From assembly GCF_963676685.1 (NCBI RefSeq), contig NC_092347.1:62682001-62746000 (forward strand): a DNA stretch of 64,000 bases, given 5' to 3'. This DNA comes from Mytilus edulis. Taxonomy: Eukaryota. Position numbers and translations under genes: made by a program. Below are positions 26,082 to 38,184 of this stretch, one piece after another. Below the pieces are notes generated by a model. It made no database searches, was not told the origin of the DNA, and saw only the letters and a list, made by a program, of their open reading frames with translations. How positions within the stretch are numbered: position 1 is the stretch's first letter; each line of letters starts with the position of its first letter.

Positions 26082-27595
26082 ATTTATCACATATTTAAGT
26101 TCTGCAGAATAGAGACACAAAGTTCAATTATTACAATTTAATGAAACATATAAACATGTAAAATTTTAAATTTTTTATCACAAAAGTGTCGTTAAGGACG
26201 CAATGACGTGACGTCATTTGGCACAATATCAATATCTTCTTTTTGCCCCGGGCAATTTTGAGGTTATTGCATATGCAAAAAAAAAAAAAAAACCCAACAA
26301 AAAACATAAACGTAATCATTTGTTCGTTCGTTCCTGATAAGAATATGAAAATATTTTTTATTGGACAGACGGGCAGACTATAATTAAAAAACAGAAAAGG
26401 GTTGCTATTATAATATTCCTAGAAAGGATAGAATATGTAGAATATGTATATTGTGCCACTTGCTGGATGATAAAAAAAACTTACTCCTTGAATATAAAAT
26501 TAACAAAAATCTAAGGGATAATCTATTCCAATTTTTTTCCCTCCTCATAATTCCATGCCCCTTAACCAAAAACAAAAAGTAAAACAAAATTTAATTTCAT
26601 GAATCATTGGAAATGTTAAAAATATTGGGTCCCGTTTATAAAACAGCATCTGCGCTAGCCAAGCAAGAGCGGGAGTGGATCGTACACTTGGCTAGCGAAG
26701 ATGATAAACAGTAATTAGAAATTTGTTTTTGTCACAAACTAATTATGTGTATATGACAACAAAGATATTATCATATATTGAATCATTGCAATATAGCCCT
26801 AGACCCCATTTTGATCATTTACAACCATTAGAGCAATGCTCGCAAGCGACAAAATGTATCCTTTGGGTGGTATTATGTATACAGTCTTAACCTTTCTTTC
26901 AGTGTTTTGTGAACTTGTTGGTTATGTCATAATTTGTTGGGTTTTTTTGCCTGACCGGTTGTCACTTTCGCGACATACGAACTTTGAATGTCCGCTTGTT
27001 TTCTTCTTTTTTTTTAATCGTTATTATCATCAGACGTATTCTACATTGTTATTGCCGGTGCAATCTAAAATGTATTACATTCCGTCTCGGAAAAAATAAA
27101 AATAATTGTCATATTTATTGCCTTATAAAGTGTAATAATCTTTGTCTCGGACCTCATGACTGTTGATTTGAGCCTAGGATTCATGGACATATCTCATCGG
27201 TATTGCTTATTCATTGGACTCAGATTTAGTATTACAGCCAATTTCATTGAGTGTGTATGCAAAGGAAATATCTTTGATTAGCTTGGTTGCTAGCTGGACC
27301 GTTAATGCAATCGGCTGTAATCGTTTTGATATGTTCTTTGCTATTGTATTTTTTTTTTTTGGTTTTGTACTTGAAGTTTCGTTACATATTTCAGTTGTAT
27401 TTATTAAACTCGAGAGTTTTTTCATATTAAAACAAAATTAAAGAAAAGGATGTTTAATCAAATTGCAATACTATTGTTCATGGACAAATTGTGGCTTAAT
27501 ATGATTGATCAGCAAAAATAGCGGCTTTAACAAGTATATTGTTTACTGATTTAAGGCCTAATGATTGGCTATTATAACAACCCTTTTTTAATATA

Positions 27596-27682
27596 ATACA
27601 TGTGTGTCATGTGCATCACATTATACATGTGTGTCGTGTGCATCACATTATACATGTGTGTCATGTGCATCACATTATACAT
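27596..27682. repeat. ~27-bp minisatellite x3 downstream of the native stop of paralog B
   Basis: atacatgtgtgtc(a/g)tgtgcatcacatt repeated. Confidence 0.8.
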
Positions 27683-27726
27683 ACTTTTGATTTGAGACAT
27701 TATACAAATTATTGCTATTGCTGTAA

Positions 27727-30700
27727 TTAGAGACATTGAACATATTTAAGCATCACTGTAATTATAACTAAGACAAGTGACAAAAAAGTATATGTGAATC
27801 GCACAGCAGAACTGGTATCACAAATCTTATCAAAGTCACATTTAGCAAGCTCTTTGTAGTAATGTGACAGTGGAAAAAGCAGCTTCGTTTAATACTTAGG
27901 ACTTTAATATTTAATTCTCAATTTTGATATTTTAGACATTAATTATCTGTGTTTTATTATTCATTATATTTTATAATTTCATTTCTATTTACATTTCGTA
28001 TCCAGGACTTAAAATCAACATTCTTTAATATGCATTTAATTCTCAGTTTGGACATTGAGTGACATGTTTCAATCGGTTAGCTAATTAGTGACATTTTACC
28101 TTATTCATAATGTATGTTCTTAATTGTCATAATCAGATTATCATTTAATATCTATTCTTCAAGTTCTAAAAATAGTTTAATCTTTGTCAGTGAACAATAT
28201 CACTCAAATTAATTGTTATTTGTTATGTCCATACTTGTTAATTCAATTGTGTATAAATACTTGTTTATAATTTCTATAAGCAAGATTTGGACTCAGGACT
28301 TTACACTGAACACAGTCCATCTGTAATAAAAGTAATAGTATTCCATGCTGAATTATTGGTTTATTCATCGCTAGTTCCAAAGTCTCAAGAGTTAGTTTTC
28401 ACCAGAGTTTCAGAGTTCAGAGTTCTCATTGCTATTCACAGCAATCGTTCGTTGTGTGATCAGGTGCATCACACAGTTTCAGTAGCAAGAGGCCATTCAG
28501 TCAGGCTCTTGTTACACACCCGACAAGCCACCCAGTTTCCCCGGTGACAGATTGGTGGACGACGACGGCGTGCTGACTTCTATGCTCAGCACACGATCCA
28601 GAGACCTCAAGCAGCCAAGCGAGTTCCCCAGATAAGTAGCGTAGACAATATTCAGCGATGGAGTACAGCTTTCGACCACAATGGAGACCATGGAACATCC
28701 AGTCAGGTTACAGTCCAGCATGTGGGAGATGCGGTAAATTCCATAAACATTATATTTGTAATTCTGTCAATCAAAGGTGCTTTTCATGTAGAAAATTCGG
28801 ACATTTCTCAAGTAAGTGTTTTTCAAAAGCAACAAAAGACAGACAAAGTACACCAGTTCATGTGAAATCTAGAAAACAAAAAGAACGTGATATAGCTAGA
28901 ATACAAAGCTATATTGAGCGCAAAAACATCATCCGAGCTTTACCGTTCTCAGGTATGAGAAATTCGGCCTTCATTCAACATTTGGACATTGCAAATGTGT
29001 TAAAAACAGAACTAAATAGTGTTAAGTCGAAATTATCAGAGGAAAAACGGAAAAATTCAGAACATCAACAGTACATTCAGGACTTAAAATTTCAAATGAA
29101 CCATCTAGAGAGTGTTAAATCCGAGAGAGATCAGTTTAAGCAAGAGCTTGCAAACATTAGTAAACATAAAGAAGAAAATGCCTCGCGTATAAACGTACAG
29201 GAATATGTGAATCAAATTCAAGAATTAAAGGACCAAGTAATTGAAAAAGACAAGACTGTGAAAATGGTGCAAGATCTTTACTTTATGCGTTCAACCGAAT
29301 TTACGGACGAAATAGAAACATTGAAAAATGAAAAATCAGACCTTCATTCTAAACTTCAATCTCAAGAAAATTCTGTCAAACAGCTGACAGAAGAACTGCA
29401 AAGCCTTCGGAATGAAAATTATATGTTGTCTTCCAGTCAACACCAACAGCGACCTAACTACAACAACAGACACTATAACAACCGCAGAGGAGGCCGATTT
29501 AGATAGTGCTAAGTCCGAGGACGGACTTAATTGGGAGGAGAGGCATATGTGACAGTGGAAAAAGCAGCTTCGTTTAATACTTAGGACTTTAATATTTAAT
29601 TCTCAATTTTGATATTTTAGACATTAATTATCTGTGTTTTATTATTCATTATATTTTATAATTTCATTTCTATTTACATTTCGTATCCAGGACTTAAAAT
29701 CAACATTCTTTAATATGCATTTAATTCTCAGTTTGGACATTGAGTGACATGTTTCAATCGGTTAGCTAATTAGTGACATTTTACCTTATTCATAATGTAT
29801 GTTCTTAATTGTCATAATCAGATTATCATTTAATATCTATTCTTCAAGTTCTAAAAATAGTTTAATCTTTGTCAGTGAACAATATCACTCAAATTAATTG
29901 TTATTTGTTATGTCCATACTTGTTAATTCAATTGTGTATAAATACTTGTTTATAATTTCTATAAGCAAGATTTGGACTCAGGACTTTACACTGAACACAG
30001 TCCATCTGTAATAAAAGTATTAGTATTCCATGCTGAATTATTGGTTTATTCATTCGCTAGTTCCAAAGTCTCAAGAGTTAGTTTTCACCAGAGTTTCAGT
30101 ATCAGAGTTCTCATTGCTATTCAGAGCAATCATTCGTTGTGTGATCAGGTGCATCACACAGTTTCAGTAACAAGAGGCCATTCAGTCAGGCTCTTGTTGC
30201 ACATCCTAACAAGTCACCCTTATTTCCCCGGTGACAGTAATTCTTCACATCGGAATATGAACATACCGTTCCACCACAAGCTGGTATATTAACTTGCTCT
30301 TCATTAACAAATATTTTAAATGCATGTTTTCCATTTGCTCCACATTTGTACAAACTAAATGCAATATTTGCAGAAAACGGTGTTATTTCACTCGTACTGA
30401 ATTTTCGATTGATATTAGCATCATAGTTTGCTGCTGTGAATGACTCAGAATCCTTGAACAATCCAAATGCAGTGAAGATAGGTAGAATCGTATCTTGATG
30501 TCCAAAGAAAATATCTATTGGTGGGATGCTGAAATTTAAAAGATAAAATATTATAAATAGTACAAGTGTGGACACAGATCAGTGTGGAAAGTATGTTTGG
30601 ATGTTTGACAGTGTTTTCTGACAAAAGTTCTCAGGTAAATAGTAGAAAGTAAAACATTTACATTAAAGTTAAATAAACAAATTTTTATTTTCATACGTAA

Positions 30701-33549
30701 AAAGATATATATATTTTTTTTAAGTTGAACAATTATCATGTAACATGATACAAATGACGTTGTTTGTTACACCATCATAACTATCAGAGCATGAATAGTG
30801 AAATTATGAAGCTCGTTACTGCAGTGTCGTCAATTCTCTAGATCTAGTCTTGGCTATATTATAATCGGCAATCCTCGGGTGTATCCGCTTATCTCCTTCT
30901 AAGGGTACGGAATCGTCAATCTAATTAAAAACCGATCTCTCATCGCTCCTGTTACTGATATGTCGCTCCCACGCGACATATCAGAAAACGGGAGCGATGA
31001 GAGATCGGTTTTTAATTAGATTGCGGAATGGGACGAGTTGTGGCGAATGAGCTATATTATTGACGTCTTTTGGAGTTTTATGAAGTACAAAAATGTACTA
31101 CATTATCTACTTCCCTGTCGATTTTTCAATTAACTAGTAATCTCCAAACGATTTCCATTGGAAATATCCAACTGCGTTCATGACTCTACGTTAAACTGAA
31201 TGTGTTAATGACATTTTCACCCTATTTGATATCATACACGTACTTTTTGTCTTAGTCTGGTGGTTGTTCTAAGTGCGTCTTATATACAGTACTTGCCTGT
31301 TTGGTTTTTCGGAGTTTGTTACAGCTTCTTCGAATCGTTCAAAAAGATAAGACGTATAAGGGCAAGTCTGCTGCCAATTGATAGGGTAGCCATATCCCGT
31401 TTTATAGTATTCCTGGAAAATTAGATAAATAGAAGTGTTATATGTGTGAGAACTGTGCTTCTGAACTGAAACTTAATTTTGGTTGAATATTTTGCAAATG
31501 AGTTTACATGGAAGCCCAAATAAAAAATATATATATAATGTTTTGTGTGTAAAGTGGGAAGACACTTAATTACGGTAGAAGCTACTGACCTTCAAATGTT
31601 TATTAGAGACCTTGATCGGGGATTGGAAAATTTTATTTTGTCTACTATTTGATTTTCTATACAGCATAAGGCTTTGTACACATGATTTTATGGTTTTGGT
31701 CAATGATAAATGAAACTTATTCTTTATATATTTTTTGCGACCGAATGATTTTCTATATTTATCATCACCGGGAACTCTAAAACCCAAATATTTGAATGTA
31801 TCAATAACTTTACTCGCTATATGTATACAAAATCTATGTAATTGATTAAAAGTTTTAAGTGCATTCTTTTATTTTTATTATAATGGATATTGTTTGATAT
31901 TTGGGGGCTAGTATACGCAGGAGTGTACGCCTTTTTCATAAATCAATTGGCGTTTTTGAGGGCATTTATTCTAAAAAGAGCTAAATCAATAATAATCTTC
32001 AATTAGGTAATTATTGAATATCAGATTGCAAAAATTGTCGACTAAATAATTAAATGCATGTTATACATGTATTACCTCTAAATCGTCCCAATAAGATATA
32101 ACTCGCAAATCATCAATATTAAAAAATTGGCACCAATCAGACTGTCCATTCAGACCAAGCTCAAAGGCACATATTTGGTGAATCACAAAGACGTCATCTG
32201 AAGAAATACAAGAAAAATTGTAGATTGTAGAATTAATAATACAAATATGATAAAGTGATATTAGATTCTGTTTGTTTGCAGAAGTCTCCTTATAATGTAT
32301 TTTTTTAAGGCGGTCAGTTGATACCATATACGATATAAACTTCTGGTAAGTATAGAGAAAGTTACACACGAGCATCAGAAACAGAAGTCGAATAGTTACC
32401 AAGACAACCTGAAAATATAAATCAAAATGACAAGAATGTCATCATAGTTACAAGAGGCCCAGATATATATCAAACATTTAATTGGAATGAATTTTTAAAC
32501 AATAACCAATCAATCGCAAAGTGCCATTCCTCACATTCTTTTCTATAAACTTTAGACCCTCAACTTTTCTCCAACTTTTTTTCGACCGGATGTCTCCCTT
32601 TTTAGTGTATGATAAAAAGGAAACTCAATAATGTTATTCCTCATGTAGTGTAGTTTGATAAGTTGTAGAGATGTCAAACATTACAATTATATGTCATTGA
32701 TATATGAACGTTAAAATAATACATAAACAAGGAGATTGTCAGTACAAATGTCTAAGTTATGGTATATTCGTTCACCTTAGTTGATCGTTACTTACCAAAA
32801 TCTATAGATATATTGGAGGCTCCAAGTTTTGTCTGTACTTTCTGGACAATATTACTTATCTTCGAACCAGCTTCAAATAAATTAGCTTCTTTTAATATCT
32901 CGTCGTTATCATCAACTTCTTTCACGTATTTTGAACAGCTTTCATAAAATCTGGTTTTCATATTATCTACTTTTGACCAGGGTGACCCGAGGCGGGGTGT
33001 GGGTCCACTGCTTGGAGATGCTTCATTTAATCCGCTGTAAAAGTTTTTAAAACTTGATTTCGTTCGATCTCTGAAAGATGTTGCGAATTTCACTTGATTA
33101 AGTTTTCCGTCCAATAATACTTTAAACCTGGTTCCGAATCGTTTACCTAATATCTTCATTTCTTCAACTCCAAGGGTACTGAGAAGGCCCTGTTGGTTCT
33201 CAAGGAATGGATTAGTCCACTTATTCATGAACGGGTATGTCGAGAGAATAGCTGCGTTAGCTGTTAGCTTAGAATGCAAAGCTGTCATTCGTTTGATCCA
33301 TTTCAAGGTAGGAAATCGAGAACCATGCCTAAGTAATATATTCAGGCCTTCCAGTTGACAAGTTTCCCCATTGAGAATTGCTGTACTGAATTCGTTTTCT
33401 TGAATAACGTCCGATATATTCCTTACCCAAAAATAAGGAGTTTTGGTGTTGAATAATGGTTTCTTAAACAGATTATCACTAAGCACAATTGCAAAAAGAA
33501 AGCTAAAAATGAATGTTGAAATAACAATTTGCAACAAACAAGCCATCAT
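27727..33549 (-). CDS. MINPP1: MINPP1-like paralog B; last exon split by an LTR element (444 aa with insertion, 471 aa pre-insertion)
   Basis: Exons 33549-32796, 32197-32076, 31412-31297 (GC donor) and 30528-30237, with an in-frame remainder at 27858-27727 beyond the element. Motifs RHGSRFP, GHQDT, TPFSANI. With the insertion, the frame stops at 30186 inside the LTR. Confidence 0.92.
27863..30236 (+). mobile_element. Non-autonomous LTR retrotransposon (Gypsy-like signals, no pol)
   Basis: LTRs 27863-28549 and 29548-30236 with TG..CA ends. 4-bp TSD GTAA at 27859-27862 and 30237-30240. PBS-like TGGTGGAC.. at 28553 and PPT GGGAGGAGAGG at 29533-29543. The LTR has TATAAATA at 28252 and AATAAA at 28325. 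Confidence 0.95.
28658..29506 (+). CDS. LTR-element ORF, 282 aa: tandem zinc knuckles, long coiled coil, RGG tail
   Basis: Intact ORF filling the 998-bp internal region. CGRCGKFHKHYIC and CFSCRKFGHFSSKC; E/K/Q/L heptad-rich region at about aa 110-260; ends NNRRGGRFR. Confidence 0.85.
   Translation: MEYSFRPQWRPWNIQSGYSPACGRCGKFHKHYICNSVNQRCFSCRKFGHFSSKCFSKATKDRQSTPVHVKSRKQKERDIARIQSYIERKNIIRALPFSGMRNSAFIQHLDIANVLKTELNSVKSKLSEEKRKNSEHQQYIQDLKFQMNHLESVKSERDQFKQELANISKHKEENASRINVQEYVNQIQELKDQVIEKDKTVKMVQDLYFMRSTEFTDEIETLKNEKSDLHSKLQSQENSVKQLTEELQSLRNENYMLSSSQHQQRPNYNNRHYNNRRGGRFR
30917..31023. mobile_element. Mutator-like MITE (copy 1)
   Basis: TIR caatctaattaaaaaccgatctctcatcgctcc; degenerate 9-bp TSD cggaatcgt/cggaatggg. 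Confidence 0.8.
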
Positions 33550-34579
33550 TCAGTAAATAAAGGCACTTCACTGACGCATAATATAAGTATTTAACATTTG
33601 ACATATCTCAATTTAATTTTCTTTACTGTATGTTATTGAGACTTTACAATGTAATGTGTCACCATACATATTGCCTCGAGCATTGTACAAGAAGTTGTAA
33701 AAATTACCTTGACCCTCATATGTTATTTTGACATAGTGATGGTTAGGCTACTTTTGGTTTGCAATGCCTCTTTCATTTTTATGACATCAGCGCAGGCCAG
33801 TATCTGGGTTGATGTCATGATTCGAAAACTAGCATACGCATACATATAATTGATCAGAGATGTAATTATATACACAGTATACCTCTGAATTGATTAAACT
33901 TATTTTAATTATGATCTTTCACATAATCCCTTTGAGTTCCCCCTCCCCTGTTAGCCATACGTTTTTGTAAACACCTTTTCCGTTCTCTATCGTCCAATAC
34001 TGATCTTACTGACTAGCATATACAGAAATAAGATGTTATACGATTGCCAAACAGACAACTCTCCACAAATGACAGAAGAACGGTTAACACATAGGCCACT
34101 GTACGGTCTTCAACAATGAGCAAATCAAAACCCATACTGAATGATAAGCTGCAAAATGCTCCGAAATGACAAAAGTATATCAATTCAAACGAGAAACTCA
34201 ACGGTTTGATTTATGTACAAAACAAAGAACGAAAATAGTAGCATGATAGACAGTAATAAGCGACAACCACTTAATAACAGGATAATGTAGAATTTGGCGG
34301 ATTTCAACATGTTGGCTGGCTTCAAACCATCCCCCTAGCCTGGAACAGTGGTGTTACACTACAACACAAGAAAATAAAGTATAATATTTAGTTGCAAAGG
34401 GCTAAACTCATTAGATCGATGCATTTAGCACAAACATAAACACGAAAAACACACGTACAGATTCTGAGATTACTCACAGTTATCTTGTTCAAAGTCATTA
34501 GCAACGTGTAAAAAAATAACTTATAATATACCTGCAAGGTTCTTATTTTATCGATGTTGGATTGAATTATGTGCTCCTA

Positions 34580-37500
34580 TATCAACATATTCTCTAGTGA
34601 ATTCCCATATTTAAGAAAAATGTCAACATATTCTCTAGTCAATTGCCAGGTGATCGCAATATTTGAGAGAATACTAACATTTTCCAGTCAATTGCCAGTT
34701 AATTGCCATATTTAAGAGAATGTCACCCTATTTTCTAGTAAAAATTGCCATATTTAAGAGAGTATCAACCTATTCTCTGGTCAATTGCCATATTTAAGAG
34801 AATGTCAACCTATTCTCTAGTAAAAATTGCCATATTTAAGAGAGTATCAACCTATTCTCTAGTCAATTGCCATATTTAAGAGAATGTCAACCTATTCTCT
34901 AGTAAAAATTGCCATATTTAAGAGAGTATCAACCTATTCTCTAGTCAATTGTCATATTTAAGAGAATGTCGCCCTATTTTCTAGTAAAAATTGCCATATT
35001 TAAGAGAGTATAAACCTATTCTCTAGTCAATTGCCATATTTAAGAGAGTATCAATCTATTCTCTAGTCAATTGCCATATTTAAGAGAATGTCACCCTATT
35101 TTCTAGTAAAAATTGCCATATTTCAGAGAGTATCAACCTATTCTCTAGTAAATTGCCATATTTAAGAGAATGTCAACCTATTTTCTAGTCAATTGTCATA
35201 TTTAAGAGAATGTCAACCTATTCTCTAGTCAGTTGCCATATTTAAGAGAATGTCAACCTATTCTCTAGTCAATTGCCATATTTAAGAGAATGTCAACCTA
35301 TTATCTAGTAAAAATTGACATATTTAAGAGAGTATCAACCTATTCTCTAGTCAATTGTCATATTTAAGAGAATGTCACCCTATTTTCTAGTAAAAATTGA
35401 CATATTTAAGAGAGTATCAACCTATTCTCTAGTCAATTGCCATATTTAAGAGAATGTCAACCTTTTCTCTAGTCAATTGTCATATTTAAGAGAATATCAA
35501 TCTATGCTCTAGTCAATTGTCATATTGTTAAAAGAGAATGTCAACCTATTCTCTAGTCAATTGTCATATTCAAGAGAATGTCAACCTATTCTCTAGTCAA
35601 TTGTCATATTTAAGAGAATATCAATCTATGCTCTAGTCAATTGCCATATTTTATAGAATGTCAACATATTCTCTAGTCAGTTGCCATATTTAAGAGAATG
35701 TCAACCTATTCTCTAGTCAATTGCCATATTTAAGAGAATGTCAACCTATTCTCTAGTCAATTGTCATATTTTTAAATAAAGAAAGTCAACCTATTCTCTA
35801 GTCAATTGTCATATTCAAGAGAATGTCAACCTATTCTCTAGTCAGTTGCTATATTTAAGAGAATGTCAACCTATTCTCTAGTCAGTTGCTATATTTAAGA
35901 AAATGTCAACCTATTCTCTAGTTAGTTGCCATATTTGAGAGAATGTTAACCTATTCTCTAGTCAATTGTCATATTTAAGAGAAAGTCAACCTATTCTCTA
36001 GTCAATTGTCATATTTAAGAGAAAGTCAACCTATGCTCTAGTCAATAGCCATATTCAAGAGAATTTCAACCTATTCTCTAGTCAGTTGCCATATTTAAGA
36101 GAATGTCAACCTATTCTCTAGTCAGTTGCCATATTTAAGAGAATGTCAACCTATTCTCTAGTCAGTTGCCATATTTAAGAGAATGTCAACCTATTCTCTA
36201 GTCAATTGTCATATTTAAGAGAAAGTCAACCTATTCTCTAGTCAATTGTCATATTTAAGAGAATGTCAACCTATTCTCTAGTCAATTGCCATATTTAAGA
36301 GAATGTCAACCTATTCTCTAGTCAGTTGCTATATTTAAGAAAATGTCAACCTATTCTCTAGTCAGTTGCCATATCTAAGAGAATGTCAACCTATTCTCTA
36401 GTCAATTGTCATATTCAAGAAAATTTCAACCTATTCTCTAGTCAGTTGCCATATTTAAGAGAATGTCAACCTTTCTTTAGTCAATTGTCATATTTGAGAG
36501 AAAATCAACCTATGCTCTAGTCAATAGCCATATTCAAGAGAATTTCAACCTATTCTCTAGTCAGTTGCCATATTTAAGAGAATGTCAACCTATTCTCTAG
36601 TCAGTTGCCATATTTAAGAGAATGGCAACCTATTCTCTAGTCAATTGTCATATTTATGAGAAAGTCAACATATTCTCTAGTCAATTGTCATATTTAAGAG
36701 AATGTCAACCTATTCTCTAGTCAGTTGCCATATTTAAGAGAATGTCAACCTATTCTCTAGTCAGTTACTATATTTAAGAAAATGTCAACCTATTCTCTAG
36801 TCAATTTTCATATTTAAGAGAATGTCAACATATTCTCTGGTCAGTTGCCATATTTAAGAGAATGTCACCCTATTCTCTAGTAAAAATGGCTATATTTAAG
36901 TGAATATCAACCTATTCTCTAGTCATTTGTCATATTTGAGAGAATGTCAACCTATTCTCTAGTCGGTTGCCATATTTAAGAGAATGTCAACCTTTTCTCT
37001 AGTCAATTGCCATATTTAAGAGAATGTCAACCTATTCTCTTGTCAGTTGTTATATTTAAGAAAATGTCAACCTATTCTCTAGTCAATTGTCATATTTAAA
37101 AGAATGTCAACCTATTCTGTAGTCAGTTAAATTGCCATATTTAAGAGAATGTCAACCTATTCTCTAGTCAATTGCCATATTCATGAGAATGTCAACATAT
37201 TCTCTAGTCAGTTGCCATATTTAAGAGAATGTCAACTTATTCTCTAGTCAATTGTCATATTTAAGAGAATTTCAACCTATTCTCTAGTCAATTGTCATAT
37301 TTAAGAGAATGTCAACCTCTTCTCTAGTCAGTTGGCATATTTAAGATAATGTCAACCTATTCTCTAGTCAATTGTAATATTTAAGAGAATGTCTACCTAT
37401 TCTCTATAGTCAATTGTCATATTTAAGAGAATGTCATCCTATTCTCTAGTCAGTTGCCATATTTAAGAGCATGTCAACCTATTCGCTTGTCAGTTGCCAT

Positions 37501-37795
37501 ATATACGAGAATGTCAACCTATTCTGTAGTCAGTTGCCATATTTAAGAGAATGTCAACCTATTCTCTAGTCAGTGAGTTGCCATATTTAAGAGAATGTCA
37601 ACCTATTCTCTAGTAAAAATTGCCATATTTAAGAGAATATCAACCTATTCTCTAGTCAATTGCCATACTTAAGAGAATGTCAACCTCTTCGCTAGTCAAT
37701 TGTCATATTTAAGAGAATGTCAACCTCTTCTCTAGTCAGTTGGCATATTTAAGATAATGTCAACCTATTCTCTAGTTAATTGCCATGTTTAAGAG
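34580..37795. repeat. 40-bp satellite, about 80 units
   Basis: Consensus gagaatgtcaacctattctctagtcaattgccatatttaa, with 41-bp variants (agtaaaaattgcc). Confidence 0.97.
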
Positions 37796-38184
37796 ATCTT
37801 TTGTGTTGTGTTACTTTAGATTAAGAAGAGAAAAAGAGGGAAAAAAATGACTAGCTCTTAAATGTTCAAACCGTATCAAAAATTTTCTCGTAAGGATGCA
37901 TATGTTTTTAATCAGCCACAATATGAAAAATAAGTAGAAGATGTAAAAGTATTTTTTTCTATCGATTATTTTAAAATATTAAGAACTTTTGTTTTATTCA
38001 ATAGAAACGTGTTTACAGTTATCATGTTCATTAAATCTGAAAGTCCCTGACAGTCTGTAATTGTCTAAAACCATTGTTTTCAATTTCCTTGAATAAGACG
38101 ATAAATGTTAATTGTTTTGCAATACTAACAACTCTTGAGTATATCCAAGCTGTAATGAATTTCATTATATGCTGTGTTTCTTTC

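Noticed and set aside
27863-30236. Assignment of the LTR element to the Steamer family
   Set aside because: There is no pol to classify it, and neither the LTR length nor the 4-bp TSD supports that assignment.
28287-30292. Twin ORFs 28287-28547 and 29972-30292
   Set aside because: They start at TTG inside the LTRs, shift frame between copies and show no protein motifs.
34580-37795. CRISPR-like array (short palindromic repeat)
   Set aside because: Units are contiguous with no unique spacers and no cas genes, and the DNA is eukaryotic; it is a satellite.
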